Shown here piece by piece: positions 53,623 to 62,448 of a stretch of 64,000 nt of DNA (the stretch's first letter is position 1; the number at the start of each line of letters is the position of its first letter). The position numbers were made by a program, and so were the translations under genes. Under the pieces are notes generated by a model. It made no database searches and had not been told where the DNA came from. It worked only from the letters and a program-made list of their open reading frames with translations. The DNA comes from Paracoccaceae bacterium (GTDB lineage Bacteria; Pseudomonadota; Alphaproteobacteria; Rhodobacterales; Rhodobacteraceae): NCBI GenBank assembly GCA_020832445.1, contig JAFIEO010000051.1:232-64231 (forward strand). The letters are read 5' to 3'.

Positions 53623-55116
53623 ATGTTCGAGAATCTGTCCGAACGCCTGTCCGGGGTCTTTGATCGCCTGACAAAACAGGGCGCGTTGTCCGAAGATGAT
53701 GTGCGCGCAGCCCTGCGCGAAGTGCGCGTCGCCCTGCTGGAAGCCGATGTCTCGCTTTCAGTGACGCGCGATTTCATCAAGCGCGTGCAGAAAAAGGCAA
53801 CCGGCGCATCGGTCACCAAATCGGTGACACCGGGTCAGCAGGTGGTCAAGATCGTCCATGACGAACTGATCGCCATGCTGGAAGGCGAAGAAGACATTGG
53901 CGCGCTGAAAATCGACAACCCGCCTGCGCCGGTTCTGATGGTGGGTTTGCAGGGGTCGGGCAAAACCACGACCACCGCGAAACTGGCCCGCCGCCTGACC
54001 GAACGCGAAGGCAAGCGCGTGCTGATGGCCAGCCTTGACACCAACCGCCCCGCGGCGATGGAACAACTGGCCATCCTTGGCACCCAGATCGGCGTTGATA
54101 CATTGCCCATCGTCAAGGGGCAGTCGGCGGTTGAAATCGCCAAACGTGCGAAACAACAGGCCACGCTGGGCGGCTATGACGTGTTCTTGCTGGACACCGC
54201 AGGGCGGCTGCACATTGACGATGTGCTGATGGACGAAGTGCAGGCCGTGCGCGATGTCGCCAACCCGCGCGAAACGCTGCTGGTTGTTGATGGCCTGACC
54301 GGTCAGGATGCGGTCAATGTGGCTGCCGAATTCGATGGCAAGCTGGGCGTGACCGGCGTTGTGCTGACACGCATGGACGGCGACGGGCGCGGCGGTGCGG
54401 CATTGTCGATGCGTGCCGTCACCGGCAAGCCCATCCGCTTTGTGGGTCTGGGTGAAAAGACCGACGCGCTGGAAGTGTTTGACCCCAAGCGCGTGGCGGG
54501 CCGCATTCTGGGCATGGGCGACATTGTGGCCCTTGTGGAAAAAGCGCAGGAAGTGCTGGAGGTCGAGCAGGCCGAACGCATGATGAAGCGCTTCCAGAAG
54601 GGTATGTTCAACATGAACGACCTGAAAATGCAGCTGGAACAGATGCTGAAAATGGGCGGCATGCAGGGTGTCATGGGCATGATGCCGGGGATGGGCAAAA
54701 TGTCCAAGGCCGCCGAAGCGGCAGGTTTTGACGATTCCATGCTGAAACGCCAGATTGCGCTGGTCAATTCCATGACCAAAAAGGAACGCGCCAACCCCGC
54801 AATCCTGCAAGCCAGCCGCAAGAAACGCATTGCCGCAGGCGCGGGGCTTGAAGTGTCCGACCTGAACAAACTGCTGAAGCAACACCGCCAGATGGCCGAC
54901 ATGATGAAAACCATGGGCAAGAAAGGCATGCTGAAACAGGCCATGGCAGGCATGATGGGCAAAGGCAAAGGCGCGGATGCCATGCCAGACCCCGCCCAGA
55001 TGGACCCGAAACTGATGCAACAGGCCGCGCGTCAACTGGGCGGCATGCCCGGAATGGGTGGCGGCGGCGGTGGTGGTCTGCCCGGCGGGCTGTCAGGGAT
55101 GTTCAAGAAGAAATGA
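53623..55116 (+). CDS. ffh: Signal recognition particle protein Ffh
   Basis: ORF 53563..55116. Start moved to ATG 53623 (MFENLSERLSGVFDRL). GLQGSGKTTT, DTAGR, and a Met-rich M domain with a Gly-rich tail. Confidence 0.95.
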   Translation: MFENLSERLSGVFDRLTKQGALSEDDVRAALREVRVALLEADVSLSVTRDFIKRVQKKATGASVTKSVTPGQQVVKIVHDELIAMLEGEEDIGALKIDNPPAPVLMVGLQGSGKTTTTAKLARRLTEREGKRVLMASLDTNRPAAMEQLAILGTQIGVDTLPIVKGQSAVEIAKRAKQQATLGGYDVFLLDTAGRLHIDDVLMDEVQAVRDVANPRETLLVVDGLTGQDAVNVAAEFDGKLGVTGVVLTRMDGDGRGGAALSMRAVTGKPIRFVGLGEKTDALEVFDPKRVAGRILGMGDIVALVEKAQEVLEVEQAERMMKRFQKGMFNMNDLKMQLEQMLKMGGMQGVMGMMPGMGKMSKAAEAAGFDDSMLKRQIALVNSMTKKERANPAILQASRKKRIAAGAGLEVSDLNKLLKQHRQMADMMKTMGKKGMLKQAMAGMMGKGKGADAMPDPAQMDPKLMQQAARQLGGMPGMGGGGGGGLPGGLSGMFKKK

Positions 55117-55676
55117 CACCCGCACTGGCCCATACCCCCGTTCTGGAAACCGCGCGACTGGTCTTGCGCGCACCAGTGGCCGCAGACTGGCCCGTCTGGC
55201 GCGAGTTCATGGCGTCAGACCGTGCGCAATTCGTCAATGCGCTGGCACGCGATGACAATGCAGCATGGCGTGCGTTTGGCCATTTCATCGGGCATTGGGT
55301 GCTGCACGGGTTTGGCCAGTTTATCATCACCGACCGGCAATCCGGCGCGACCCTCGGGTCGGCGGGGCCGTGGTTTCCGCTGGGCTGGCCCGAACGGGAA
55401 CTTGGCTGGTTGCTGTGGACCCCGCAGGCCGAAGGCAAGGGCTACGCCTTTGAAGCGGTCAATGCCATTCGCGATTATGTGCAGGATCATCTGGGGTGGG
55501 ATACCGCTGTCAGCTACATCGCGCCCGACAATCTGCGCAGCCTTGCTTTGGCACAACGGCTGGGATGCGTGCATGACAAAACGGCCGAGGCCCCCGGTGG
55601 ACTTGCAACAGTTCAGGTCTGGCGGCATCCGGTCACGCGCACGGATAATGATGGCAACGTAGAGGCCTATGCATGA
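55113..55676 (+). CDS. GNAT-family N-acetyltransferase (RimJ/RimL-like)
   Basis: ATGA overlap with ffh. LETARLVLRAP...GWLLWTPQAEGKGYAFEA pattern. Confidence 0.75.
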   Translation: MTPALAHTPVLETARLVLRAPVAADWPVWREFMASDRAQFVNALARDDNAAWRAFGHFIGHWVLHGFGQFIITDRQSGATLGSAGPWFPLGWPERELGWLLWTPQAEGKGYAFEAVNAIRDYVQDHLGWDTAVSYIAPDNLRSLALAQRLGCVHDKTAEAPGGLATVQVWRHPVTRTDNDGNVEAYA

Positions 55677-55969
55677 GTGACCACGTTCAACGCGCCGCAG
55701 ACCTTCTGGCCAGCCATCGCGACAGTATTGACCGGCTGGACGCGATCCTTGTCTACACGCTGGGCGAGCGGTTCAAGCACACGCAGGCTGTTGGCCGATT
55801 GAAGGCGCAGCACGATCTTCCCCCGTCCGACCCTGCGCGCGAAGAGCGCCAGATAGAGCGGCTGGAATGGTTGGCCAAAGAGGCCGATCTCGACCCGGAA
55901 TTCGCCAAGAAATTCCTGAATTTCATCATCTCGGAGGTGATCCGTCACCACGAGGGAATGCAACGCTGA
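55673..55969 (+). CDS. Chorismate mutase (AroQ class, small)
   Basis: ATGA overlap. LASHRDSIDRLDAILVYTLGERF...DPAREERQIERL...FLNFIISEVIRHH matches the AroQ helical pattern. Confidence 0.8.
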   Translation: MSDHVQRAADLLASHRDSIDRLDAILVYTLGERFKHTQAVGRLKAQHDLPPSDPAREERQIERLEWLAKEADLDPEFAKKFLNFIISEVIRHHEGMQR

Positions 55970-56022
55970 CACTGAATTTGCGGGATTATCCCGCGACTGC
56001 CTACTCATAAGGAGAAACTGAC

Positions 56023-56376
56023 ATGGCAACGAAGATCCGTCTGGCCCGTGGTGGGTCCAAAAAGCGCCCCCATTACGCGATTGTCGCGTCCGATTCGCGC
56101 ATGCCGCGCGATGGCCGCTTTCTGGAAAAGCTGGGCACCTATAACCCGCTGCTGCCCAAAGACAGCGAAGACCGCATCAAGATGGACCTTGATCGTGTAA
56201 AGCATTGGCTGGATCAGGGCGCACAGCCCACCGACCGCGTAGCGCGCTTTCTGGAAGCTGCTGGCGTGCGCGAAAAAGCGACCCGCGCCAACATGAAAAA
56301 AGCGCAGCCCGGCAAGAAAGCGCTGGAGCGTGCTGCCGAAAAAGCCGCCAAGACTGAAGAAGCTGCGGCTGAATAA
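56023..56376 (+). CDS. rpsP: 30S ribosomal protein S16
   Basis: [42 protein letters not shown] is canonical. Confidence 0.95.
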   Translation: MATKIRLARGGSKKRPHYAIVASDSRMPRDGRFLEKLGTYNPLLPKDSEDRIKMDLDRVKHWLDQGAQPTDRVARFLEAAGVREKATRANMKKAQPGKKALERAAEKAAKTEEAAAE

Positions 56377-56386
56377 TCCGTGACAG

Positions 56387-56417
56387 AAAAGGGGGGGGGC
56401 TTGCGGCCCCCCTTATT
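56387..56417 (+). terminator. G9/C6 stem-loop between rpsP and rimM (possible attenuator)
   Basis: AAAAGGGGGGGGGC-ttgcg-GCCCCCCTTATT. GC stem of about 7 bp with a weak T-tract, 11 nt after the rpsP stop. Confidence 0.4.
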
Positions 56418-56472
56418 GCCCGCGATGCGGGCAATTCCCCCCCGCGAGTATTTTTGGCAAGATGATAGCAAC

Positions 56473-56982
56473 ATGAGCAAAGCGCGAATCTGTGTCGGGG
56501 CGATCATGGGCGCCTATGGGGTGCGCGGCGAGGTGCGGCTGAAAAGTTTTTGTGCCGATCCCCGCGCGATTGGCGATTACGGCCCGCTTTGGTCCGAAGA
56601 TGGCGCGCGACAGTTTACATTGACCCTTGGCGCACAGGTGGCCCAAGGATTTGCCGCGCGTCTGGGCGGGGTGAACAGCCGTGATGCTGCCGACGCGTTG
56701 CGCGGTGTGCGTTTGTTCGTGGACCGTGATCGTCTGGCGAATTTGCCCGATGACGAATTTTACCACGCTGACCTGATCGGCATGCAGGTGTTTGACACCG
56801 GCGGCGCGGAACTGGGCCGCGTGAAGGCCGTGCTGAACCATGGCGCGGCTGATTTGTTGGAAATTGTTGCACCGGGGCGCAAGGGCGCCATTCTTTTGCC
56901 GTTTACACAAACGGCCGTGCCGACTGTGGATCTGGCAAGCCGCCGGATCATCGCCGACCCGCCCGAAGGATTGCTGGAATGA
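56473..56982 (+). CDS. rimM: 16S rRNA processing protein RimM
   Basis: ORF 56380..56982. Start moved to ATG 56473 (MSKARICVGAIMGAYGVRGEVRLKSF). PRC-barrel end LLPFTQTAVPTVDL. Confidence 0.9.
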   Translation: MSKARICVGAIMGAYGVRGEVRLKSFCADPRAIGDYGPLWSEDGARQFTLTLGAQVAQGFAARLGGVNSRDAADALRGVRLFVDRDRLANLPDDEFYHADLIGMQVFDTGGAELGRVKAVLNHGAADLLEIVAPGRKGAILLPFTQTAVPTVDLASRRIIADPPEGLLE

Positions 56983-57785
56983 CCGACCGGCCAAGGCGCG
57001 CGGCAGGCCGGATTGCGGTGACGCCGTCGCTTAGCCCGCGCGATCTGGACGCGCCGCGCGCTTTGGCGCAGGCATGGCAGGCGCGCATCATCACCCTGTT
57101 CCCCGAAGCGTTCCCCGGTGTGCTGGGCCTGTCACTGACGGGCAAGGCGCTGAAAGCGGGGCTTTGGGGGCTGGATACCATTGATTTGCGCCTGTTCGGC
57201 GATGGCAAGCACCGAAATGTTGATGACACGCCAGCGGGCGGCGGTGCGGGCATGGTATTGCGCGCTGACGTTCTGGGGCGTGCGATCAACATGGCGCAGC
57301 GCGGTCGGGGGGACTGTCCGCTGGTATATCTGTCGCCGCGCGGTGCGCCCTTCACGCAGTCCACAGCGCGGCGTTGGGCGGGCGGCGCTGGTGTGACGCT
57401 GATTTGCGGGCGGTTTGAAGGGATTGACCAGCGTGTGATCGACCATTTCGGCATAGAGGAAGTCAGCCTTGGGGATTTTGTCCTGACCGGCGGTGAACTT
57501 GCCGCGCAGGCCATGATTGATGCCACAGTGCGCCTGTTGCCTGATGTTCTGGGCAATGCCGAATCGGTCGAGGAAGAAAGTTTTGCGCGCGGTTTGCTGG
57601 AGCACCCGCATTATACCCGTCCAGCTGAATGGCAGGGTCGCGGCATTCCGCCGGTGCTGCTGTCTGGCAACCATGCAGAGATTTCGCGCTGGCGTCAAAG
57701 CCAGTCAGAACAGCTTACGCAGGCGCGCAGGCCGGATTTATGGGCGCAATGGCTGGCGCGCCATCGTGACGGGAATGGGTGTTAG
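56979..57785 (+). CDS. trmD: tRNA (guanine37-N1)-methyltransferase TrmD
   Basis: ATGA overlap with rimM. ITLFPEAFPG...DDTPAGGGAGMV...YLSPRG...LICGRFEGIDQRV...SLGDFVLTGGE. About 30 aa of N-terminal extension if ATG 56979 is used. The TAG stop at 57783-57785 sits on the junction with MITE copy B3. Confidence 0.9.
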   Translation: MTDRPRRAAGRIAVTPSLSPRDLDAPRALAQAWQARIITLFPEAFPGVLGLSLTGKALKAGLWGLDTIDLRLFGDGKHRNVDDTPAGGGAGMVLRADVLGRAINMAQRGRGDCPLVYLSPRGAPFTQSTARRWAGGAGVTLICGRFEGIDQRVIDHFGIEEVSLGDFVLTGGELAAQAMIDATVRLLPDVLGNAESVEEESFARGLLEHPHYTRPAEWQGRGIPPVLLSGNHAEISRWRQSQSEQLTQARRPDLWAQWLARHRDGNGC

Positions 57786-57886
57786 AGCATATCACGTTCA
57801 TTCGCATTCACGAGATATGCTCTAACTTGTTGATTTCGCATGTTCGAGAAGCTCAAAACCGGTTCCCACTTTTGGGCAACATGCTC
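57785..57886 (+). mobile_element. Family B MITE-like element, copy B3
   Basis: Same 102-bp TA-flanked unit as B1/B2. Its first base is the G of the trmD TAG stop codon. Confidence 0.8.
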
Positions 57887-57915
57887 TAAATGATGTTCGC
57901 GCGGTTGGCGGGTAT

Positions 57916-58133
57916 GGCCTGAAGGCACGTTCGCGCTGGGATAAAGCCCGCGCCAGCGGTGGGCCGGGGTCAGCCGATCCGACATTCAACGAATGCACTT
58001 TATGCAGGCTGCATATTCCGACACCAAAGGCCTGGACTGCCATCAGCCAAATCGGCAGGCCGCGGGACGGCCAGACCTATGGCGTGGGCCAGTTGCGCCC
58101 TTGATTCAGCACCTTGGGTTTCAGCTTCAGGCC
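57916..58133 (-). repeat. Family A palindromic intergenic repeat, copy A5 (inverted orientation)
   Basis: Bounded by GGCCTGAAGG ... CTTCAGGCC. Same subfamily as A4. Lies 29 bp from B3. Confidence 0.9.
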
Positions 58134-58167
58134 CGCATCTGCCACCGCGACACATGCATCGGGACGC

Positions 58168-59013
58168 TTACAGCGCGATATGCGGCTGGGATTTCGTCAG
58201 GTCATCCAACGCGCGCAACTGGCCGATAAGTGCGGCCATTTTGTCCACGGGAATCATGTTGGGCCCGTCTGATGGCGCATTGTCGGGGTCTTCATGCGTT
58301 TCGATAAACAGCGCCGACACCCCCACTGCAACCGCCGCCCGCGCCAGAACGGGCGCGAATTCGCGCTGCCCGCCCGATGTGGTGCCTTGCCCGCCGGGTT
58401 GTTGGACCGAATGGGTGGCATCAAACACCACCGGATAGCCGGTTTGTGCCATTGTGGGCAGGCCGCGAAAATCGCTGACAAGCGTGTTATACCCGAAGGA
58501 CGTGCCACGGTCGCACAGCATGATGCGCCTGTTGCCGGTGGATGCGATCTTGGCTGCGACATTGCCCATATCCCAGGGGGCCAGAAACTGTCCTTTCTTG
58601 ACATTGATGGCGGCGCCTGTTTCGCCAGCGGCCAGCAACAGGTCGGTCTGCCGGCACAGAAACGCGGGAATTTGCAGCACGTCGCACACTTGCGCGGCAG
58701 GCGCGCATTGGCGCGCGTCATGTACATCTGTCAGCACCGGCACGCCGAATTCACGTTTGATCTGGTCCAGAATGCGCAGCCCTTCATCCATGCCCAGCCC
58801 GCGCTGGGTGCCGATGGACGATCGGTTTGCCTTGTCATAGCTGGCCTTGAAGATAAAGCGCGTGGCCGTGGGGGCGCAGGCTGCGGCAATGCGTTCGGCC
58901 ATCATGCGCGCGTGATCCAGACTTTCAAGCTGGCAGGGGCCGGTGATCAGGGCGAAGGGGTGTGTGCCGCCTATGCTGATATCACCGATCTGGATGGGGG
59001 TTGTTTCGATCAT
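58168..59013 (-). CDS. kdsA: 3-deoxy-8-phosphooctulonate (Kdo-8-P) synthase
   Basis: ORF 58168..59073. Start moved to ATG 59013 (MIETTPIQIGD), an ATGA overlap with kdsB. FKASYDKANRSS, DVHD, LQIPAFLCRQTDLL, FDATHSVQ. Confidence 0.92.
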   Translation of the reverse strand: MIETTPIQIGDISIGGTHPFALITGPCQLESLDHARMMAERIAAACAPTATRFIFKASYDKANRSSIGTQRGLGMDEGLRILDQIKREFGVPVLTDVHDARQCAPAAQVCDVLQIPAFLCRQTDLLLAAGETGAAINVKKGQFLAPWDMGNVAAKIASTGNRRIMLCDRGTSFGYNTLVSDFRGLPTMAQTGYPVVFDATHSVQQPGGQGTTSGGQREFAPVLARAAVAVGVSALFIETHEDPDNAPSDGPNMIPVDKMAALIGQLRALDDLTKSQPHIAL

Positions 59014-59801
59014 GGTGCCTCCTGCAATGCGGACTCGATTCGTGCCACGTCCATGGGGTTGTTCAACTCCCAAAATACCCGCCCGCGCGCGTCCACTTCG
59101 ACACAGCGCACCGGAATGCCCCCATAAAGAAAGCGCAGTTGTTCCAGCCCTTCCAGAACCTCCAGCGCGCTTGGGGGTGTGGCTGCGTATTTTGCCAGCG
59201 CTGCCGGGCGGTAGGCATAGACACCCACATGATGAAACACAGGGATAGGATCGGGCAATTTGCCCGCATCAATGAAGGGCAAAACTTCCTTGGAGAAATA
59301 AAGCGCGTTCATATTCTGGTCAAAGACAGCCGTGGTGCCGCCAACACGCCCGTTGCGCCGGTCGTCGATGAAATTTTCATAAGTCTGGCGGTCACAGCGC
59401 AGCACGGGCGTTGCCATGCCCACGGACGGGTCTGCCTGCATGGCGTCGATCAGGGCCTCTACAAACCATGGTGGTGTCAGCGGCGCGTCACCTTGCAGGT
59501 TGATGACCAGATCGGGGGCCATGGCCAGCCGTGCCAGCGCATCGGCGCAGCGCGCTGTGCCATTTTCACAGCTTTCGGATGTCATGACGACATCGGCGCC
59601 TAAACCGCGCGCGGCATCTGCGATGCGGTCATCATCGGTGGCAACATACACGGCATCCACGCCGCGCACCTGAAGGGCTGCTTCCCAACTCATCTGGATC
59701 AGGGATTTGCTGGACCCGTCGCGCTGGCGAAGTGCCACCAGCGGTTTGCCGGGATAACGGGTGGACGCATAGCGTGCCGGAATAAACAAAACGGTTTTCA
59801 C
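59010..59801 (-). CDS. kdsB: 3-deoxy-manno-octulosonate cytidylyltransferase
   Basis: IPARYASTRYPGKPL, ATDD, VINLQGDAP, LEQLRFLYGG. Confidence 0.9.
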   Translation of the reverse strand: MKTVLFIPARYASTRYPGKPLVALRQRDGSSKSLIQMSWEAALQVRGVDAVYVATDDDRIADAARGLGADVVMTSESCENGTARCADALARLAMAPDLVINLQGDAPLTPPWFVEALIDAMQADPSVGMATPVLRCDRQTYENFIDDRRNGRVGGTTAVFDQNMNALYFSKEVLPFIDAGKLPDPIPVFHHVGVYAYRPAALAKYAATPPSALEVLEGLEQLRFLYGGIPVRCVEVDARGRVFWELNNPMDVARIESALQEAP

Positions 59802-60790
59802 ATGACCCCCGCGCGTAAAAAATCGTGGATATGAACAATGCCAATGGGTGTATTCTGCGCCGTGACCACCAGCAACACGCTGATCTTGCGCGCATTCATC
59901 AGGGCCAGCGCTTCGGCGGCCAGCATGTCGGGCTGCACGGTCACGGGGCTTGGGTTGGCGACATCGGCGGGCCGCACACTCATCAAACTGTCCATATTGC
60001 GGCGCAAATCGCCATCTGTCATGACGCCGATGATGCGCGTGCCATCCATCAGCACGGCCACGCCGAACCCTTTGGATGTCATGGTCAGCAGTGCTGTTTG
60101 CATATCCGTGCTGTGGTCCAGCAGCGGCAGAGAGTCGCCTTCATGCATGAAATCAGCCACGGTTTTCAGCTGTGCGCCCAGCTTGCCACCGGGATGATAC
60201 AGGCGGAAATCTTCGGGCATGAACCCGCGCACTTCCATCAATGCCACGGCCAGCGCATCACCCAGCGCAAGTGTCAGCGTGGTGGATGTGGTGGGGGCCA
60301 TGCCGATGGGGCAGGCTTCGGGCAGTTGCGGCAATGTCAGGCGGTAGGTTGCGGCCTTCATCAGCGTGCTGTCAGGCCGCGAGGAAATGCCCATCATGGG
60401 AATTGAAAAGCGCTTGATGTGAAACAGCATATCGCGCAGTTCGGTGGTTTCGCCGGAATTGGAAATCAGCAGGCAGATGTCGTCATTGGTGACCATGCCC
60501 AGATCGCCATGACTGGCCTCGGCGCAATGGACAAAGAAGGCCGGCGTGCCCGTTGATGCAAGCGTGGCCGCGATTTTGCGGCCGATATGGCCGGATTTTC
60601 CAATGCCCGACACAATGACACGGCCCTTGATGTTCAGGATGTGGTGGATTGCGGGTTCCAGATCGGCGGGCAGGTTATGTGACAGGTAATCCAGCGCGCG
60701 CGCTTCAACCGCGACGGTTTCGGCAGCCGCCTTGCGGATAACGTCAGGGGCCTCGTCCGGGCCGGGGGCGGTGCTTGAAATATGTGCCAT
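59798..60790 (-). CDS. kpsF: Arabinose-5-phosphate isomerase (SIS + tandem CBS)
   Basis: ORF 59798..60814. ATG 60790 is preferred because of a weak SD upstream. VSGIGKSGHIGRKIAATLASTGTPAFF, ISNSGET, and a CBS pair at the C-terminus. Confidence 0.88.
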   Translation of the reverse strand: MAHISSTAPGPDEAPDVIRKAAAETVAVEARALDYLSHNLPADLEPAIHHILNIKGRVIVSGIGKSGHIGRKIAATLASTGTPAFFVHCAEASHGDLGMVTNDDICLLISNSGETTELRDMLFHIKRFSIPMMGISSRPDSTLMKAATYRLTLPQLPEACPIGMAPTTSTTLTLALGDALAVALMEVRGFMPEDFRLYHPGGKLGAQLKTVADFMHEGDSLPLLDHSTDMQTALLTMTSKGFGVAVLMDGTRIIGVMTDGDLRRNMDSLMSVRPADVANPSPVTVQPDMLAAEALALMNARKISVLLVVTAQNTPIGIVHIHDFLRAGVM

Positions 60791-60881
60791 CTTGTGGCCT
60801 TTCGCATCATTCATGCCGTATCAGCGCATGTTTGGTTTGTTTCAGATTGTGGGGCTGACGACAAGCCATGTCCAGCCTGCG

Positions 60882-61985
60882 CTATAGCGGGCCGCTTTGG
60901 AACAGTTGCACTTTCAGCCCGCCATGGGGAATGGGGGGGCCGGGGTGCAGGTTCAGGCCGGTTGCATGCGCCAGTTTGCGTTCTGACGTGACAAGCCCCA
61001 GCCGCCAGCCTGTGAAGTGGTCGCGCAGCACCTGCCCCAATGTGGCATATAGCCCGAACAGTTTGGCCGCGTTGCCGATACGCCCGCCATAGGGCGGGTT
61101 GACCATGATCAGGCCGGGCGCAGTGTCTGGCCGCGTCAGCGCACTTATGGGCTGGCAGGCAAAGGCAGTGCAGTCCTGCAAGCCCGCGCGGGCCGCATTG
61201 TCGCGTGCGTTCTGGACCCCACCCTGATCGCGGTCGAAGCCGAAGAGCTGCAAGGGCGGGGGTTCGGGGGTGTGCTGGCGCATCTGCGCCCATGCGCGTG
61301 CGTCAAAACCGGCAAACCGTTCGAAGGCAAAAGCGCGCGTGCGACCGGGCGGCAGGTTAGCTGCGCGTTCCGCCGCTTCCAGAATGAACGTGCCTGAACC
61401 GCACATGGGGTCGATCACGGGTTGGGTGCCGTCAAACCCCATCTGGTGCAGAAAGGCCGCGGCCATTGTTTCGCGCAAGGGCGCCTTGCCGGTGGCCAGT
61501 TTATGGCCGCGTTTGTGCAGCCCCTCGCCAGAGGTGTCCAGCGAGATGGTGACCATGTCATCATCAATGCGGATCATCACGCGCAGATCGGCATCTGCGG
61601 TGACCGGCGCGCCAAGGGTTTCGGTGATCGCGGTTGAAATGCGCTGCGCTGCGGCTTTCTGGTGGTAGATGCGCGAGCGGGTGCAGGTGACATCAATACG
61701 CAGCGGTGTGTCCGGGCGCAGGAATTCGGCCCACGGAAATTTGCGTGCGCGTTTGTCCAGCTGCGCCAGATGCAGGGCGCGAAACTGGCCTATGCGCACC
61801 AGAACGCGGCTGGCGCTGCGCAGCCACAGGTTTGCGCGCCAGATGTCTTGCCATGTGCCTGTTGCCTCTACCCCGCCGGGGACAGGTTCGGGCGCTTGCA
61901 GTCCAAGGTTTCGGGCTTCTTGAACCACAACAGGTTCAAGTCCCGGCAGGCAGGCAAGAAACAGGGGGAAGGATGTGTTTTCCAT
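60882..61985 (-). CDS. THUMP-domain class I SAM-dependent RNA methyltransferase (RlmL/YpsC-like)
   Basis: ORF 60882..62075. Start moved to ATG 61985 (MENTSFPLFLACLPGLE). DPMCGSGTFILEAA and VNPPYGGRIG. Confidence 0.8.
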   Translation of the reverse strand: MENTSFPLFLACLPGLEPVVVQEARNLGLQAPEPVPGGVEATGTWQDIWRANLWLRSASRVLVRIGQFRALHLAQLDKRARKFPWAEFLRPDTPLRIDVTCTRSRIYHQKAAAQRISTAITETLGAPVTADADLRVMIRIDDDMVTISLDTSGEGLHKRGHKLATGKAPLRETMAAAFLHQMGFDGTQPVIDPMCGSGTFILEAAERAANLPPGRTRAFAFERFAGFDARAWAQMRQHTPEPPPLQLFGFDRDQGGVQNARDNAARAGLQDCTAFACQPISALTRPDTAPGLIMVNPPYGGRIGNAAKLFGLYATLGQVLRDHFTGWRLGLVTSERKLAHATGLNLHPGPPIPHGGLKVQLFQSGPL

Positions 61986-62139
61986 GGCTGTCGCATAGGG
62001 GGAATTGCGTGTCTGTGCCAGAAGAAAAAAGGACTGCGCCCGGCCAGCGTGGCCCACCCGCCCGCCCCCGCGCACCGCTTACGCGGCGCGCTTGCCACAC
62101 TGTCCGGGCGCAAGTCGGGTCGGTGCCGGGTGGTCCCCG

Positions 62140-62430
62140 TCAGGTGGCGGCGAACTGGTCCATCTTGCGCGCAAGTTTCACGTCCAGATCGGTGACACCG
62201 CCCGCGTCATGTGTTGTCAGCACCACCGTCACATGTTTGTAGACATTGGACCATTCGGGGTGGTGATCCATTTTTTCGGCGTGAATGGCGCAGCGTGTCA
62301 TCCAGCCGAACGCTTCGGTGAAATCGGCAAAGGTGAATTTCTTTTCAATCGCATCGCGCCCGCCCGTCTTTTGCCAGCCATTGGCCAGCAGCGCGTCCAG
62401 TTTCGTGGTGTCGGTCAGTTTTACAGCCAT
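62140..62430 (-). CDS. Pterin-4a-carbinolamine dehydratase
   Basis: 96 aa. [29 protein letters not shown] is the PCD/DCoH signature. Confidence 0.88.
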   Translation of the reverse strand: MAVKLTDTTKLDALLANGWQKTGGRDAIEKKFTFADFTEAFGWMTRCAIHAEKMDHHPEWSNVYKHVTVVLTTHDAGGVTDLDVKLARKMDQFAAT

Positions 62431-62448
62431 ATCATGTGCCCTCGTGTG

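Noticed and set aside
53758-55035. 425-aa ORF antisense to ffh, plus the 226-aa ORF at 54303-54983
   Set aside because: They are opposite a canonical Ffh, with His/Gly/Ala-rich junk translation.
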